Source: an uncultured Actinomycetes bacterium
GTDB taxonomy: Bacteria; Actinomycetota; Thermoleophilia; RBG-16-64-13
Direction: 5' to 3'
NCBI GenBank assembly: GCA_963784835.1
Contig: CAWASM010000001.1
Location: 200,926 to 264,925, forward strand
Length of the DNA stretch: 64,000 nt
Below, piece by piece: positions 60,617 through 64,000 of the stretch (position 1 is its first letter; the number at the start of each line of letters is the position of its first letter). The notes under the pieces are model-generated. The model searched no databases. It was not told where the DNA came from and was given only the letters and a program-made list of their open reading frames with translations. The position numbers and the translations under genes are program-made.

Positions 60617-61943
60617 TCAGACCGTGCAGCGGAGCACGTAGAGCCCAGCGTGCTGCGTGTCGACGAAGATGTTGCCCCGCTTGTCCACAAGGACGTCCTC
60701 AGTGATTCCAAGGCGCGGTCCTGGGAAGGCGTCGCCGGCGGCGTTGTTGAACGTCCACTTCTCTGGGTCGGGCGGTATGAAGTACGCGATCTCGCGAGGC
60801 ACGTAGGCGTCGTTGATGTCATAGACCCGAAGCCCCGCGTGGAAGTAGGCGCAGTAGATGCGGTCGTTGCGGTCTTCAAGCGCGGGGTGGTAGTGCGGCT
60901 CGTGGATGTTGTGAGGCCCGAACGGGCCCAGCACCCCAGCCGGGGATCTCGTTGAAGTTCTTGTAGGGGTAGCCCGCCGGGATCTCCGGATAGGGGAACA
61001 CGGCGATCAGGGTGGGGTCGGTGGGATCCGAGATGTCCACCATGCCGATGAAGTTGAGGGGCTGCACCGACGCGTGCACCTGCTCGCTGCTGTAGACGTG
61101 GAACCTCTCGCCCTCGCTGGTCATGATGGCGTAGTCGCGCTTGGAGAGAGGCATCACCGTGTGACAGCGGGCGCCGCTGAGCTTGCCGGCGAAAGGTGGC
61201 ATGTGGCGCAGTTGCCCCGCCAACTTCGGAAGCGATATGTCGGAGATGTCTAGGATGACCATGCCGGCCCCGCCCCAGCTCACGTACGCCAGGTCGCCCT
61301 TCGGATAGGCCGGACCGTGCATCACCGCGGAGTCGAGGAGGTTGAGCTGCGGGTCGTCGTGCCCGCCCAGGCTCTTGGGTTCCAGATACCCCGCCGTGAA
61401 CTGGTCGGGCACCCACCAGCGGCCGACTTCCACCGGGTTCTTCGGGTCGATGATGTCGAGGATGCGATAGATGTATCCCCGGAATCCCTTGCAGCAGGCA
61501 CTCAGATGGACGTACCGGCCCCCGTTGTAGAAGAAGCGGTGGACTCCGCCGCCACCTTCACAGAACCATTTGGACAGCAGCCTGGGCTCGGTCGGGTCTT
61601 TCACGTCCCAGATGTACACGCCCTCTTCGTAGGGGTCGCCCCACTCGGTGGCGTGCAGCATGGGCAGCGTTCCCCCCAGCGCGGTGATCATGAGACCATC
61701 GGCCACCTGGATCTTGGGACAGCCCTGTCCTTTGAGGTCCGGACCGGGGATGAACTTGAGATACTCGGGCTTGTTGGGGTCGGTCACCTCCATGATGGCC
61801 CAGCCCGAATGCTTGAAGTGGGCCCCGTAGAGATAGTACCTGCCGTCAACCTCCTGCATGGCCATCTGGAACCAGGGCTTGTCATTCAAGTCGTGATAGG
61901 CGAGCACGTCGATGTTCTTCGCAAACGCTTCTTTGCCGGCCAT
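60617..61943 (-). CDS. beta-propeller protein, LVIVD-repeat-like; function unknown (one frame break near 60930)
   Basis: ATG at 61943 with GGGGAGG upstream. MAGKEAFAKNIDVLAYHDLNDKPWFQMAMQEVDGRYYLYGAHF... in ORF 60876..62027, C-terminus in ORF 60617..60934. The family call is tentative. Confidence 0.5.
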
Positions 61944-62129
61944 GAGGATCGTGCCTCCCCTGGTTGTTGCTGATGCGCAACTGTGGGCTGTGCGCCCCGG
62001 CGCGGTCCGCGCGCGGAAGGGCCGCATTGGTCTACCTAGTGGCCAATTATACTCAAGCGGCGGGGCGCATTGTCAAGACATGCCGCTTTGGTATAGTGAG
62101 TGCTCCGACAGGCCGACCACGGAGAGGCA

Positions 62130-62879
62130 ATGTGCGCTGACAGCGCGGGGGCCAGGCCCCTGGAGGACATCTCACTCGTCACGGAGACGGCCAGCGACAA
62201 CGCCGTCCGTTTCATTCGAGCCATGATATTCGCCGGAGAGCTAGGCCCTGGCGACCGGCTCCCCCCCGAGAGAGACTTGGGCCTCCGCCTTGGCATCTCG
62301 CGGATGACCCTCCGTCTCGCTCTCAAGGCTCTCGAGAGCACAGGCTACATCGTCACCACACGGGGCTCGCGCGGAGGCTCCCGTGTGACCGACCCCGAGT
62401 CGCTCACCCAGTGTTGGAACCAGTGGATGCGGCAGCATGCCGGGGAGCTGGACGACATCTTCGAGTTCCGCGTCACGGTGGAGACCAGGCTGGCCGCGCT
62501 CGCAGCCGAGCGCCGCACCGACGAGGACATGCTGCTCATGGAAGAGGCGGCAGCCAGTGAGCGCCTCCCCAAAGAATGGGGGGAGATCCTGCGCGCCGAC
62601 ATGGACATCCACCGAGCCATCGCCCGAGCTGCCCGCAGCCCGTGGCTGGAACGAGCCATGATGGGCGCGCGCGGGGAACTCTTCATACCTGTCGACCTGA
62701 ACCGCCTCGACGAAGGAGATCCGCGGGTGCCGAACACCCACCGCGCCATCCTCGACGCTATCCGCGAGCAGGACGGCGCTGCGGCAGCCGAACATATGCG
62801 GGTGCATATCGAGTTCGTCAAGAGCCTAACCTACAGGGTCCTGGAAGCCTCCGGCCTAGCCCCCAACGCCGGCTGCTGA
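62130..62879 (+). CDS. GntR/FadR-family transcriptional regulator (wHTH + FCD domain)
   Basis: ATG at 62130 with GGAGAGG upstream. ...GDRLPPERDLGLRLGISRMTLRLALKALESTGYIVTTRGSRGGSRV... Confidence 0.85.
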   Translation: MCADSAGARPLEDISLVTETASDNAVRFIRAMIFAGELGPGDRLPPERDLGLRLGISRMTLRLALKALESTGYIVTTRGSRGGSRVTDPESLTQCWNQWMRQHAGELDDIFEFRVTVETRLAALAAERRTDEDMLLMEEAAASERLPKEWGEILRADMDIHRAIARAARSPWLERAMMGARGELFIPVDLNRLDEGDPRVPNTHRAILDAIREQDGAAAAEHMRVHIEFVKSLTYRVLEASGLAPNAGC

Positions 62880-62914
62880 CGCCGGCCGCTGCCCGATCTC
62901 AGGCGCGGCGTCGG

Positions 62915-63418
62915 TCAGTCAGTGCGGCCGTGCTCAAGAGCGGCGAAGATGGCCGCCGCCAAGCCCAAGCGACGGTCGAGCAGATTTGCCACGTCCATGA
63001 AGAAATCGACACTAAGCTCGTAGCCGATCACATTGCTCTTGCGACGCAGCACCCCCACGATCGCGCCCCCCACCGTGATGTCCATGGCGTGCGGCGACCC
63101 GGCTCCCGGGGACGCGCCCCCGACAGCACGGCCGGTCTTTCTGGCGAGTACCTTGCCCACCAGTTGGCCATCGGCATCGGTGATAGACCAGGCACCCTCA
63201 ACATAGTCCCCGGCGGCGTCGACTGTCAGCGCTATTCCGCCGACCCTCTCACCGGTCGCGGGGTCGCTCACTTCCATCTCCGCCCCGGTCGACTCGGCAT
63301 CGGTGAGCGTCAAGATCTCGCGCTGCTGCTGCACGTCATCGTAGACGCGGGTCACGCTGGGTTCGGGGAACTCACCCGTCGCATACTCGATGAACAGCAG
63401 GGGTTGGTCGTGCCGCAA
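62915..63418 (-). CDS. hypothetical protein (N-terminus probably upstream in another frame)
   Basis: 167-aa ORF opened by a TTG. The same frame is open further upstream but has no start codon there. A faint resemblance to LURP-one/DUF567 proteins is not verified. Confidence 0.35.
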   Translation of the reverse strand: MRHDQPLLFIEYATGEFPEPSVTRVYDDVQQQREILTLTDAESTGAEMEVSDPATGERVGGIALTVDAAGDYVEGAWSITDADGQLVGKVLARKTGRAVGGASPGAGSPHAMDITVGGAIVGVLRRKSNVIGYELSVDFFMDVANLLDRRLGLAAAIFAALEHGRTD

Positions 63419-63614
63419 ACCATAGAGCCGGTACTTGCCGCCCGAGGCACGCCCATACCGTTTGAGGACGAAAGCGCCGTCGCTGAGTGCCGGATGCGTC
63501 GTTTGGTCACCCCGCTTTGTTCTGGTTGTTCACCCGCGGCCCAGCCGCCACCGAGCCGCATGTATCTGGGCCATCCTACAACATCGGGTGCCGCTGAGGC
63601 GCGGACCGTCGCTG

Positions 63615-64000
63615 CTACGGCAGCAGCGCCTTCACCTGCCCTATCACCGGCTCGATGCAGGCGATGAAGGTGAACCTCTGCACTGCCGGCCCGGTTGGTG
63701 GTGAGCACCGTCGCTATGGGCACCGGCACCGGACCCAAGAGCGGGCTCAGCAGCAGGATGCCGCCATCCTTGGCCAGGAACGGCCCCGAGGCCAGAGCAT
63801 CGGGGAACTTATCCCCAGTGGCAAGGCCGGTGTGGGTGAAAGTAAGGCCGGCGTTGGTCTGAGCCCAGTTGGCCACGTTGGCGTTGGTGAAGTAGCGGTC
63901 GATGCCGGAGAGATTGGCCCGGCCGGTGACCCCCGCCGGCAGCGTGGCATAGGTGCCCACTTTGATGGCCTGGGTGATGCCCAGGTCGGCAAAGGTCGCC
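63615..64000 (-). CDS. cell-wall-binding repeat 2 (CWB2)-like protein, 5'-truncated by the window end (one frame break near 63690)
   Basis: ...GIDRYFTNANVANWA...TGDKFPDALASGPFLAKDGGILLLSP...IATVLTTNRAG, then the shifted frame gives VQRFTFIACIEPVIGQVKALLP and a stop at 63615-63617. Confidence 0.55.

Overview
GC-rich bacterial contig with no rRNA genes, CRISPR arrays, transposases or integrases that I can see. Coordinates 1-27.8 kb, all on the minus strand, hold a textbook translation and transcription core. Reading along the minus strand, the order is tRNA-Tyr/Thr/Met, rpmG, tRNA-Trp, secE, nusG, rplK-rplA, a 2.7 kb accessory insertion, rplJ-rplL, rpoB-rpoC, a small RNAP alpha-CTD-like ORF, rpsL-rpsG-fusA-tuf, and the S10 and spc operons through to rpsE. 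This order is typical of Gram-positive-type lineages; I cannot assign a taxon from sequence alone.

Coordinates 27.9-64 kb are accessory. The main feature is an anaerobic polyphenol (pyrogallol/phloroglucinol-type) catabolic island. It has two divergently arranged paralogous AthL/BthL-like molybdopterin transhydroxylase pairs flanking an IclR regulator. It also has a third Mo enzyme in an unusual FeS-NrfD-Mo order with no Tat signal, and a lower-pathway block of two SDRs, an MBL-fold hydrolase, a BKACE enzyme, a 3-hydroxyacyl dehydrogenase and a thiolase. An MCP and an ECF sigma/Kelch pair sit inside the island. Further along are an indolepyruvate:ferredoxin oxidoreductase / ADP-forming acyl-CoA synthetase operon, two type II toxin-antitoxin pairs, a LarA-like gene and a beta-propeller gene.

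About 30 genes, including essential ones (tuf, fusA, rpoB and many ribosomal protein genes), are broken by single-base frame shifts. The breaks are patchy: rpoC (4 kb) is intact. The most likely cause is consensus indel error, so affected genes are called CDS with a note rather than pseudogenes.

Other observations: two in-frame TAG codons 18 nt apart in a conserved motif of the third Mo enzyme, a 241-bp nested palindrome, a shared AT-rich operator-like motif in two divergent promoters, and a possible fusion of the alpha-CTD-like domain to beta-prime.
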